64,000 nt of DNA from assembly GCA_016928875.1 (NCBI GenBank), contig JAFGJY010000019.1, positions 1,996 to 65,995 on the forward strand, written 5' to 3'. The notes under the pieces are model-generated. The model had not been told where the DNA came from. It did not search any database and saw only the letters and a program-made list of their open reading frames with translations. The position numbers were made by a program, and so were the translations under genes. Origin of the DNA: Candidatus Omnitrophota bacterium (GTDB lineage: Bacteria; Omnitrophota; Omnitrophia; JAHJGZ01; JAFGJY01). This document shows positions 29,351 through 38,581 of this stretch, one piece after another (the first letter of the stretch is position 1; each line of letters begins with the position of its first letter).

Positions 29351-30712
29351 CTAGTGAGAATTATTTCTTGTAAATCTTGTTAATATCAATTCATCAAGGA
29401 CTGTTTTAACGTTTTGGGCGATTAATCTATTTCCTTTTGGCGTGCAATGACCGAATTCACCACCGAAAATATCTATAAAATATGTGACATATCCACCGTT
29501 TGCAACGGCGTCTTTAAAAACCTCTTCATTTGATACAAAATTTACCTGTTCCGGATACAGAAAGTGGTCTTTTATTTCATCTACATCTCTAAGCGGGTAT
29601 TGAAGGGCCACAATCGGAATACCATGTTTTAATGCTTTTTCTTCGATAAGTCGGTAATTCTTTCCCGTATAAGGATTAGAAGATCGTTCCCTGATCTTGC
29701 GGGCACGCAAAAAATATTCCTCAGCGAGTTGGCGCTCATTACGATTTAGCTCAACGGTACCAAGTGCGCCCCATAATTTATCATTGCCTGGCAAATGATG
29801 AAGGCCTTTCTTTAATATATCTTCAGCCTCTTCGTAGTTGCTCTCTCTTAAGTATAGTTCAGCTAATACAAGATAGCCGGATAGACTATCACGTTCAATT
29901 TCTATCATCCGTTTGCCAAGTTGGAAAGATTCATCTTCCAACCCCTTCAACGCTTGCTCATGACCCGGTCTCAATTCCAGAGCTTTTAATAGATTCGTGC
30001 GTGATTCTTCGCGCTGACCGACCCAACGTTGTATTGTTCCTAAATATGCTAAGATATCCGCATTCTCAGAAAAACGCTCCGCACCGATCTCTAGTGCTTT
30101 CAGTGCACGTCTATGGGCATTTAAGGAATCAATGTGGTCAACATATTCGATCAGTTCCTCTGCACTCATGCTGTGTAAAGAAGCTATTTGAGCTGTACTA
30201 AGCTGCTCGGATGTGGTGTTATCAAGCAATAATGGGAACCATTTCAATATTACAGCTCTAGATAGACGATAAAAAGTACGAACAAAATGTACTAAACGTA
30301 GGTTACCATATAAATACCAAGGATCGACTTGTTCCATATTGTCGTTTATCCCCATCATGGTAACAATGATGTCCGGATGGTACTGATCAATATATTCTTC
30401 TAATCGAAGGGCGATCCTTCCTGTTGTTGTACCAACCTCCCCTTTATTAATGACTTTTACCCGTTTCACTGCATCGTTACTATCCATTAGCTGTTGCAAT
30501 ATCCATGGATAAGAATACATTCCGCCCGCTGTGGTCGACTCACCAATACAGAGTATACGAACATCGTTATCATTGTGCTGAAAAGTAATATTACTATGTT
30601 CCTGTATCAGGCTAAAGGTGAACCCTAGCAAACGTAGGAACAGCTCAAGAAGCAAAAGTATTATTAGAAAGGCGAGAAGACTAAAAAAGCACTTTTTACG
30701 ATATTTTATCAT
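29351..30712 (-). CDS. Membrane-anchored SGNH-like protein with inserted TPRs
   Basis: N-terminal TM segment, ILCIGESTT, MMGIND, TPR block, FGHCTPKGN. Confidence 0.7.
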   Translation of the reverse strand: MIKYRKKCFFSLLAFLIILLLLELFLRLLGFTFSLIQEHSNITFQHNDNDVRILCIGESTTAGGMYSYPWILQQLMDSNDAVKRVKVINKGEVGTTTGRIALRLEEYIDQYHPDIIVTMMGINDNMEQVDPWYLYGNLRLVHFVRTFYRLSRAVILKWFPLLLDNTTSEQLSTAQIASLHSMSAEELIEYVDHIDSLNAHRRALKALEIGAERFSENADILAYLGTIQRWVGQREESRTNLLKALELRPGHEQALKGLEDESFQLGKRMIEIERDSLSGYLVLAELYLRESNYEEAEDILKKGLHHLPGNDKLWGALGTVELNRNERQLAEEYFLRARKIRERSSNPYTGKNYRLIEEKALKHGIPIVALQYPLRDVDEIKDHFLYPEQVNFVSNEEVFKDAVANGGYVTYFIDIFGGEFGHCTPKGNRLIAQNVKTVLDELILTRFTRNNSH

Positions 30713-30823
30713 GTTGGATGGGAATTAATATCACGACAGATTTCTTGACAGCTACTTTATAATTCTCCCTTTTTCATATATCTGGACTACGATACAATAA
30801 TGCTCAGGTACCAAAGGAATATT

Positions 30824-32587
30824 TTACCCATTTTTACTTAATTGTTCTTCCATTTGATTACGAAAAAAATCTCTGTATACCTGGCTTCCTGATAATAGTT
30901 GCGCATGAGTACCAACTTCTATTTTCCCCTGATTTAAAAAATATATCCTTTCTGCGTCTTTCACTGAAAACAATCTATGTGAAATAATTATAGTGTTTAA
31001 ACCTTGCCTTTTATCTCGTAAGGCCCGAAATATCTTTTCCTCAGTATGTAAATCTACGGCAGAAGTGGCTTCGTCGAGAATAAGCAAGTCAGGGGCTCTC
31101 ACTATGGCTCTCGCCAACGCGATCCGCTGTTTAAGACCTTGTGATAAACGACAGGCGTCTTCACCGATAAAACTATCATAACCATCGGGCAATTGGCTAA
31201 TATAATCATGCACAGAGGCGATCGATGACGCGGCTTCTATTTCTTTCCGGCTCATTCCTTTTAATCCATAGGTGATGTTTTCGCATATTGAAACATCAAA
31301 TAGAAAAGGTTCTTGAGTAGCAATAGTAATGCGTTTGCGTAATGATGTTAATGTTATGTCCTTCAAGTTTAGCCCGTCTAAAAGTACTTCGCCCGCCCAA
31401 GGCTCGTATAGCCTGATCAATAAGTTCATTAACGTGGTTTTACCACTGCCAGAAGGGCCAACGAGCGCCACCCAGGAGCACCCGGGAACATCTAAATTAA
31501 GCTCGTTAAATATTGGCCGATCTTTCTGATATCCAAATGATACATTTTTAAAAGAGATATCTCTATGTATCGACTTTAATGTTTTTGCACCGGCACTATC
31601 CTTTATCTGTGGTTCTATATCCATGACCTCGAATAATTTATCGAACGATACCGCTTCCTGAATAAGATACCCGAATCTGTCCCCCATAGCCTTGAATAAA
31701 CAACCAAGTTGAGTCAAATAAAGCATTACTGCTGTATAGCTGCCGATGCTTATTTTATTATCAATTATGAGCATGCCTCCATAAAACGCAACTCCGCCAA
31801 ATATAGCTTTGGATAAAATAGAAGAACCCACAGAGTTAATGATTGACCAACGAAAGCTTTTGATCCCCCATCGAATATTTTTGATCAAATGTTTTGTGTA
31901 TGTTCGCCTTTGAAAAGACTCGAGGCCAAAAGCCTTAACGATCAGCATCTTGGAGAAACCTTCGTGAATGATGTGGGCCAACTGTGCACCATGCTTCCAA
32001 ACTTCCTCATAAAGTGGCTTCAATTTATTCTGCAGATATATATTGGGAATTATAAATAGAGGACATACAATCAGGAAAAATATAGTCATCCGAAGATCGA
32101 TCCATAATGAAATTACTAATATGATCGAGATCTTGCAAACATCAATCAAGAAAGATGGGCACTGTTCAAGTATAATATTGCAAAGTGTCTCCGTATCAGA
32201 AAGTCTGAATATATTTTCGCCTATTGATTTTGACCGAAAATATTCAAGATCCAGGGAGAATAACTTCTTAATATACTTATCTGCGATATTAAGTCTTATC
32301 TTTATTGATATCCTATTTTTTATGACATCTCGCATAACACCCACAAACATGCTAAAGAGAAATACTATCACTCCGACAACGGATATATCAAGAAATGTAT
32401 CTATATCTTTAGTTAAAAAAGCCTTATCTATGAACAACTTTGAAATTAATGGCCCCACCAAATAGAATATTGAATTGACCAATCCAAATAAGAACAAGAT
32501 GATAATATTTCTCTTGTAAGCGTAGAACACTTTTAAGATGCGATGTGTTGTATTTACTTTATTCTGTTTTGCTAATGTGCAATTCAT
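30824..32587 (-). CDS. ABC exporter, fused permease/ATPase (MsbA-like)
   Basis: 6-TM domain, GPSGSGKTT, LSQGLKQR, LILDEATSAVD, SHRL. Confidence 0.9.
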   Translation of the reverse strand: MNCTLAKQNKVNTTHRILKVFYAYKRNIIILFLFGLVNSIFYLVGPLISKLFIDKAFLTKDIDTFLDISVVGVIVFLFSMFVGVMRDVIKNRISIKIRLNIADKYIKKLFSLDLEYFRSKSIGENIFRLSDTETLCNIILEQCPSFLIDVCKISIILVISLWIDLRMTIFFLIVCPLFIIPNIYLQNKLKPLYEEVWKHGAQLAHIIHEGFSKMLIVKAFGLESFQRRTYTKHLIKNIRWGIKSFRWSIINSVGSSILSKAIFGGVAFYGGMLIIDNKISIGSYTAVMLYLTQLGCLFKAMGDRFGYLIQEAVSFDKLFEVMDIEPQIKDSAGAKTLKSIHRDISFKNVSFGYQKDRPIFNELNLDVPGCSWVALVGPSGSGKTTLMNLLIRLYEPWAGEVLLDGLNLKDITLTSLRKRITIATQEPFLFDVSICENITYGLKGMSRKEIEAASSIASVHDYISQLPDGYDSFIGEDACRLSQGLKQRIALARAIVRAPDLLILDEATSAVDLHTEEKIFRALRDKRQGLNTIIISHRLFSVKDAERIYFLNQGKIEVGTHAQLLSGSQVYRDFFRNQMEEQLSKNG

Positions 32588-33015
32588 TTATTATCTCGTA
32601 CTTTCTTCCGAATAATACCATGCAACGGTTTAAATAGTGTAAGCAAGGGTGCTAATTCTACTATCGCCCGATTAATATATCTGTATCTGCGCTTCGTAAG
32701 ATCGATCATTGTATCATTTTTCAAAATCCCTACCACTTTACCTAATAACATTTCGTTAGTTATACATTCAGGCGCCGACGGAGAATTGTCCCCGCGGACA
32801 TAAAGATGGCTTTTTTTTGCGTCTAGGGACCTTCTTATTAAGCGATGGCAAACCATTTGATCGTTTATTCGATACAATATGATATCGCCGATCACTAGGT
32901 CCTTGAGAGACACTTTTTTGATCAGCAACTTTTGTCCTTGCCTCACAAATGGCCACATACTAAAGCCAATGGCATCAATAAAAATAATATTCTGAAAATC
33001 TCTATTTAAGCCCAT
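32584..33015 (-). CDS. S24/S26 family peptidase (signal peptidase I-like, Ser-His type)
   Basis: GFSMWPF…GDIILY…VCHRL…RGDN…GKV. Confidence 0.8.
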   Translation of the reverse strand: MGLNRDFQNIIFIDAIGFSMWPFVRQGQKLLIKKVSLKDLVIGDIILYRINDQMVCHRLIRRSLDAKKSHLYVRGDNSPSAPECITNEMLLGKVVGILKNDTMIDLTKRRYRYINRAIVELAPLLTLFKPLHGIIRKKVRDNK

Positions 33016-33024
33016 AATATAATA

Positions 33025-34791
33025 TCACCTAAACTCTATCTGCGAGCTAAAGACACGCTTAAAGTTCTCGGATGCAGCTGTTAACTCTTGCGCTCCGATC
33101 GTCTCGACGGTCCGCGGGTCTACGATCAGCATGATCTTCTCACAATGACGGATAGCTGACAATCGATGCGAAATAACGACAATAGTCGCACTCGGTATCA
33201 GTTGCCGTACATTGGCAAATATATCCGCTTCGGTTGCACTGTCAACGGCGGAGAGCCCCTCATCCATAATTAGAAATTCCGGCTTTTTCAGTAATGCCCG
33301 CGCCAGCGCAATACGCTGCTTTTGTCCTTGCGATAGCTTCACCCCTTCTTCACCGATCATCGTCTTATACCCGTCCTTAAGCCCCGTTATGAATGTATGT
33401 ATCTCACTCATACGACATACTTCTTCGATATCAGAGAACGATGCTGGCAAATGTCCGAAACGCACATTATCCTCAATAGAACTGTTCATAAGAAGCGGTT
33501 GTTGCATTACCATTGCGGCTTTTTCATAGAATGATTTTTTATTAAGGCACCTAAGGTCATTATCACCGATCATGATCGAACCCTCTTGCGGAGATAACAA
33601 ACCAAGCAATAAATATGCTAATGTGGTCTTGCCACATCCGGAATGTCCGACGATCCCCAATGACTCGCCGGGCTGTATCGAGTAGTCGATGTGCTCTAAT
33701 ACCGATTTTCCTGCGCGATACGCGAACGACACATGTTTGACCCTTATTGTCTTATCCAGTAGCGAATCTATCAAAACGCCTTTCTCTGTTGTGACTATGT
33801 TATGTTCATCATGTGCCATGATCTCATTGACCCGTTTGCAGCTTGCCGCTGTAACGACGAGCCTCCGTAACATGAAGGAAACGTGAGACTGTAGCGATAC
33901 GATCTGTCCGGCATAGGCAAGTATTGCGCTCAGCGTCCCAAGCGTGATATCTCCCCGAATGACGCGCACGCATGCATAGATACCTATTACACCAACAAGA
34001 CCGCGCGTTATGACATTGTGTGAGATCATGAGAATAAATTCGAAACGTGCTATCTCGATCGATCGGCGTATGTGCGTTACCAGATCACCGATAATGGAAT
34101 GCTTGATGTACCGCTCGCGATTAAATGCCTTAATGAGGAGAACATGTGCGAATAGTTCGCGAACACCCATTAAAATACGTTCAAAGTATTCCCACAATCC
34201 CGTGTGAAGACTGCGGATCTTTTCATGCGTAAGGAAGATCGGCAATGCAATGATCGGAGCGGCTATGATAAAGAACAGCCCGACTGTGCGATCAAGGATA
34301 AATATAAAATAAAATGAGAAGACCATGCGCGGCAACATCTCGACGAATTCGATCGGGATCGATGTCAACGATTCAGAGATCCGGTCAGTATCGAACATGA
34401 TCCTGTTGGTACCCTGGCTGGAATCGTTATCTATATGGAAACTGATGTCGCGTTGCAAATAACAATTTATGACCTTGTGCCGCAACAAAAACGCGACCTT
34501 GTTCTTCACTATGGTTTGATACATTTGCCGCCATTGTGTGGCCAACAGAGACACACCGCTCAATACTGCGCCAGTTATCGCGATCATAAAGAACAATTGA
34601 AAATCCTTTTCCATTATTCCCTTATCGATCCCCTGACGCATAAACATCGGCAAAAGCAACGTTATACATAAGGGGATCATCGAGGCGAAAGAAAGCATAG
34701 CAAGCGCACGTCGATATCGCCTCACGAAAGGAATGAAGCGCAAACATTCGACGAGTGAATCTTTAATGGATACGATCGAGCGTAGGTTCAT
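33025..34791 (-). CDS. ABC exporter, fused permease/ATPase (MsbA-like)
   Basis: 6-TM domain, GHSGCGKTT, LSQGQKQR, LIMDE, SHRL. Confidence 0.9.
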   Translation of the reverse strand: MNLRSIVSIKDSLVECLRFIPFVRRYRRALAMLSFASMIPLCITLLLPMFMRQGIDKGIMEKDFQLFFMIAITGAVLSGVSLLATQWRQMYQTIVKNKVAFLLRHKVINCYLQRDISFHIDNDSSQGTNRIMFDTDRISESLTSIPIEFVEMLPRMVFSFYFIFILDRTVGLFFIIAAPIIALPIFLTHEKIRSLHTGLWEYFERILMGVRELFAHVLLIKAFNRERYIKHSIIGDLVTHIRRSIEIARFEFILMISHNVITRGLVGVIGIYACVRVIRGDITLGTLSAILAYAGQIVSLQSHVSFMLRRLVVTAASCKRVNEIMAHDEHNIVTTEKGVLIDSLLDKTIRVKHVSFAYRAGKSVLEHIDYSIQPGESLGIVGHSGCGKTTLAYLLLGLLSPQEGSIMIGDNDLRCLNKKSFYEKAAMVMQQPLLMNSSIEDNVRFGHLPASFSDIEEVCRMSEIHTFITGLKDGYKTMIGEEGVKLSQGQKQRIALARALLKKPEFLIMDEGLSAVDSATEADIFANVRQLIPSATIVVISHRLSAIRHCEKIMLIVDPRTVETIGAQELTAASENFKRVFSSQIEFR

Positions 34792-34817
34792 GGGCGTGTT
34801 ATGTACTTATGTGGTTT

Positions 34818-36455
34818 TTAAACATTTAACCTTGAAAATGTAAAGAGGTCATAGACCTTGAATGTCTTTTTTGCCGTTATAGCATAATTGCCATGGTGCT
34901 GCAACAGATCGAGCGGGAGAGCCTGGGAAGCTGTCATATAATAAAATGTCTCTACGCCGCGAGCATTGAACGTAGATAACATATCCGCAAACTCATCATT
35001 GTTCCGGGCAACAAGCATGCGGCGGTCAAAATACTTCAGCCCCGCGTGTTCGAACAATGAGTTCCTGGTAAAGACGATAATATCGCCGTCATCGGTAAAC
35101 TCTTCTATGAACGTTGTCCGTTCCGCATTGAGTTGCTTGAAATATAAGATATCGCAACGGAACCGAAATACAACGCATCCGATGGTCGCAATGCACAAAA
35201 AGATAAAGACCACGAATATGTTCTTTCTTTTAATAATATCTTCGAATCGTATGCCGATCGCGATCATAACAAAGGGGATCATGGGCAGAAGATAACGCAC
35301 ATTATTATCCGGGTTCCTATAAAATAATATTCCGACCAATGTCATGAAGATAATGAAAACGATGAAGAATAGCTTCAATAGCGTGTTCACATCGTACGCC
35401 CCGAAACGTTCTTGATCAGGTCCTTCCGCTTTGACGGCATAAAACCACAACAAGAAGATACTTAATGGATATTCGATGAACACGCGATCGGTCACTGACT
35501 CTTGCAGCAAAAGGACGATATATCCGCTCCACAGAAGTACGCATAAAAGATCGAATGATTGATCGCTCGATGATCTTCTTGAAGTCATTGATAACCAGAT
35601 CCATGTGCCTATAAATGCGATAACGACCACGAGTTTATCGAATTGGATAAAACGCGGCGGCGGATTGCACGTGACATGCAGTCCGAAGATCGTGCCGTAA
35701 AGCCATTGGTTAACTGCGCAATGTAGCCCAACAACAAAGCCCGTGCCCGCAACGATCGCTGCAACCTCCCGCCAGCGTTTCTTTAGAAGGAAGTATAGTC
35801 CCACCGGCCCCAAGAACGCCACGATAAGGCCGTAACATTCGGTCCGGAAGAAGATCGTCAGCGCTATGCATGCAGAACCGGCTACCATATAACGTATTTT
35901 CTTTGGATCATCATAAACAGAGCGTGTAAAGAGATACAGGCCCGTAACAAGAAAAGCAAGCAAAGGCACGTGGTCCCAAAACGTGATCGCGTATAAACTG
36001 GTCGGGTTTACACACACATAGATAATGGTCAGAATAAGGGCGTACTTCGGCTTGAGCAGGCGCATTATTTTATAAAAAAATAAAGCCCCGACCCAGAACG
36101 CGAGTAGGGGGAAAAACAGAACACACCGCTCCCCTAAAAACGGATAGAGAAAACTTGTCATAAAGGGCAATAATACTTGGTAGGAACTTATCAATCGGCC
36201 GTTATGCAATAACCATTTTCGGTGTGTACCTATGAATGTATATTCGGGATCCAGGTCTTTGGCAGGATAAACAAGCGACAACGACTTCCAATCATTGATG
36301 CAAAAACTTCGCATTTGGATGTATTTTATGCCGAAATCATCGGCATATAATCCGTTCGGGACGAAATGGTAACAGAGGACCAGAACGATCCCCAGCAACA
36401 CGAAGAACAACGTTGCATACGCACCCGCATTGAGTGCACCAGTTCTCTCTCTCAT
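34818..36455 (-). CDS. Polytopic membrane protein, putative GT-C/ArnT-like glycosyltransferase
   Basis: About 12 TM segments; ADDFGIKY loop, YAITFWDH, FFRTE, RYLLP. Confidence 0.55.
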   Translation of the reverse strand: MRERTGALNAGAYATLFFVLLGIVLVLCYHFVPNGLYADDFGIKYIQMRSFCINDWKSLSLVYPAKDLDPEYTFIGTHRKWLLHNGRLISSYQVLLPFMTSFLYPFLGERCVLFFPLLAFWVGALFFYKIMRLLKPKYALILTIIYVCVNPTSLYAITFWDHVPLLAFLVTGLYLFTRSVYDDPKKIRYMVAGSACIALTIFFRTECYGLIVAFLGPVGLYFLLKKRWREVAAIVAGTGFVVGLHCAVNQWLYGTIFGLHVTCNPPPRFIQFDKLVVVIAFIGTWIWLSMTSRRSSSDQSFDLLCVLLWSGYIVLLLQESVTDRVFIEYPLSIFLLWFYAVKAEGPDQERFGAYDVNTLLKLFFIVFIIFMTLVGILFYRNPDNNVRYLLPMIPFVMIAIGIRFEDIIKRKNIFVVFIFLCIATIGCVVFRFRCDILYFKQLNAERTTFIEEFTDDGDIIVFTRNSLFEHAGLKYFDRRMLVARNNDEFADMLSTFNARGVETFYYMTASQALPLDLLQHHGNYAITAKKTFKVYDLFTFSRLNV

Positions 36456-36493
36456 AGAAAGGCATTACTCCAGCGTTTCAGGCTTCCCTGTTT

Positions 36494-36763
36494 TTATGAT
36501 TCGATCAGAAAACCGCTTTGTTTTAACTTTTCAATATGCTCATCAAGGTCTTTCTTTGCCTCGGCTTCACCGACCTCGTATTCATCAAGGATATTCTTTA
36601 AAAGAGTATCGATCGTTACCGGCTGTTCACATCTGTCCCAAATAAACCGTGCTGTTTCATTGATCACGATAAAATTCGCCGTATCCGCATTAAAGAGGAA
36701 TGTCTCATCCCCCTCATCACGCGTCACCACGTTTTCCGCATGTTTTAACTGCTTCTCTGACAT
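36494..36763 (-). CDS. PqqD family RiPP recognition element (ScmD-like)
   Basis: VVTRDEGDETFLFN…INETARFIW…Y.V…A.KDL…L.QSGFL; RBS GGAGG before ATG 36763. Confidence 0.85.
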   Translation of the reverse strand: MSEKQLKHAENVVTRDEGDETFLFNADTANFIVINETARFIWDRCEQPVTIDTLLKNILDEYEVGEAEAKKDLDEHIEKLKQSGFLIES

Positions 36764-36826
36764 GATCGTATTTCCTCCCTCAGCCTTTGTGGGGACAGAC
36801 ACCAGTGTCTGTCCATAATGATTTAT

Positions 36827-37294
36827 TTATTCTACTTCACATTGTGCGTGGTCTGTCTTCCTGAGCCGCGCATGCGACAATTTTCTATGCAACCACTTAA
36901 ACGGCGACAATGTCTTGATCCGCGCATATATTTTAGAATTATTCAAGAAAACGAACAATTTCTGTGCCCGCTTTATAAATCTTCCACTATCTTCGATCGG
37001 TATCTCATCTGTGCCGCGGTATGCCGCGATGACCTTCCCTTTTATCTTATCATACGGGACACGGAAGGCATCGGCTTGCACCAGTGTCGAATCCGGTTTT
37101 GTCATCAGTGAACCATCGGGGTTTATCGACAATATCCTATGGGTTATCAACTTCGAATTATCACTGTTTTCAAAGACGACAATATCGCCTATTGCGAACG
37201 TCACATAGTCGGCTTTCTTGATCAACAGCGCATCGCCGATCTTAAGCAGCGGCTCCATGCTGTTACCGATAAGTTTGGCGGACATGTATTTCAT
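36827..37294 (-). CDS. S26 family signal peptidase I-like protein (Ser-His type)
   Basis: GNSMEPLL..GD…GDIVVF…ITHRI…TKPD…GKV. Confidence 0.82.
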   Translation of the reverse strand: MKYMSAKLIGNSMEPLLKIGDALLIKKADYVTFAIGDIVVFENSDNSKLITHRILSINPDGSLMTKPDSTLVQADAFRVPYDKIKGKVIAAYRGTDEIPIEDSGRFIKRAQKLFVFLNNSKIYARIKTLSPFKWLHRKLSHARLRKTDHAQCEVE

Positions 37295-37359
37295 GGTGAC
37301 ATCTCTGCTTGGCTATGATTACTGCTCATCGTTGGTAGACGCGGCAACTTCGGATACAA

Positions 37360-37437
37360 TGTCTTTCCCGCGAAAGCGGGAATCAAGGTACTTTTATGCC
37401 TAGATCTTGGATAAGCCTTCGGCTTTCCGGGACGACA
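37360..37437. repeat. Palindromic intergenic repeat (RPE4/REP-like 'CCCGCGAAAGCGGG…CCGGGACGAC' family)
   Basis: gtctttcccgcgaaagcggg…ggataagccttcggctttccgggacgac; at least 7 related copies in the window. Confidence 0.8.
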
Positions 37438-37477
37438 CTAGGACCGGCCATGGCAATTACGACAATAAACAAGGAAC

Positions 37478-38581
37478 TTAGATACTGACCTTTTTGTATT
37501 TAAACTTCTCCGGAAACAGGCCCAACCTATCCGCTTCCTCGCAAAAATAGAACGGAGCCAAAAGGTCGCCATGGGAATAAAAGGCCTCTGCCCTGCATTT
37601 GCCGAGACAAAAGTTCTTGAACATACACTCCCCGCAGATGCCTTGCAGCTTGCTCGGGAGGTCACTGCGCAATGTTTTCAGTATTGCAGAATCGTGCCAT
37701 ATTTCTTTTAAAGAGCGTTCATGGATCGTGCCCAATAAAAGTTCAGGCGTACTTGCCCCGATACCGCAGATCGACATGCGGCCATCGGCCAAAACCCCGA
37801 GAATATTAAATATTCCACATCGCCCTTTATGCCTGCTTTTGGCCGGGAAGAAAGAGAACACGGGTGGTATGTCGAAGATCATGGCTACCTTTATCTGAGG
37901 CTGGACTTCTTCATCGATCACTTTTTTAATATCCAAATAATCCTTGACCGAAAGAACATCGTTTGAAGCGGCCAAACTTTTTCCGCGTTCAATATCGTTG
38001 ATACAATTGAGCTTCAGACTTGCCGCACCCAGCGACTGCGCCAGACGCGCCGTCTCTAAAATATATCGGACGTTAGGCCGGTAAAGAGACATGATCACCT
38101 GCGGCCTAAATCCCCGCTCGGCACATATTTTTACGCCGCGGCATGCTTTGTCGAATGAACCCGGCACCCCGCGCAACGCTTCGTGTATCTCCGCCGTAGG
38201 ACCGTCGATGCTTATCGAAATATGCGAAAGCTTCATCTCTTTAAAGAAATCTCCCGTCTCATCATCGATCAAAATGCCGTTGGTTTCCATAGTCATATAC
38301 AGGTTCTTTTCTTTGGCATACTTCATGAGCGGTCGTGTATGCAGACTTAAGAGCGGTTCTCCGCCGGTAAATTTTATGCTTTGCAGACCGAGCGGGATGG
38401 CTTGATCGATTATGGTGGTAAAGGTTTCGTACGGAGCTTCCTCCGGCGCTGTCGTTGCATCGAGATATTCAGGGGCTATCCAGCAATGTTTGCACGCACA
38501 ATTACAATACGACGTCATGTAAAAATATAACATGCCAAGTGGCGGAGTATTTGGTGCAAGGTCAAGGACACGTTCGTTCAT
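37478..38581 (-). CDS. scmF: Radical SAM/SPASM protein, ScmF-like (SynChlorMet cassette)
   Basis: LYFYMTSYCNCACKHCWI, IKFTGGEP, ETNG, CGIFNILGVLADG..SICGIG, GICGEC..KNFCLGKCRA…C. Confidence 0.78.
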   Translation of the reverse strand: MNERVLDLAPNTPPLGMLYFYMTSYCNCACKHCWIAPEYLDATTAPEEAPYETFTTIIDQAIPLGLQSIKFTGGEPLLSLHTRPLMKYAKEKNLYMTMETNGILIDDETGDFFKEMKLSHISISIDGPTAEIHEALRGVPGSFDKACRGVKICAERGFRPQVIMSLYRPNVRYILETARLAQSLGAASLKLNCINDIERGKSLAASNDVLSVKDYLDIKKVIDEEVQPQIKVAMIFDIPPVFSFFPAKSRHKGRCGIFNILGVLADGRMSICGIGASTPELLLGTIHERSLKEIWHDSAILKTLRSDLPSKLQGICGECMFKNFCLGKCRAEAFYSHGDLLAPFYFCEEADRLGLFPEKFKYKKVSI

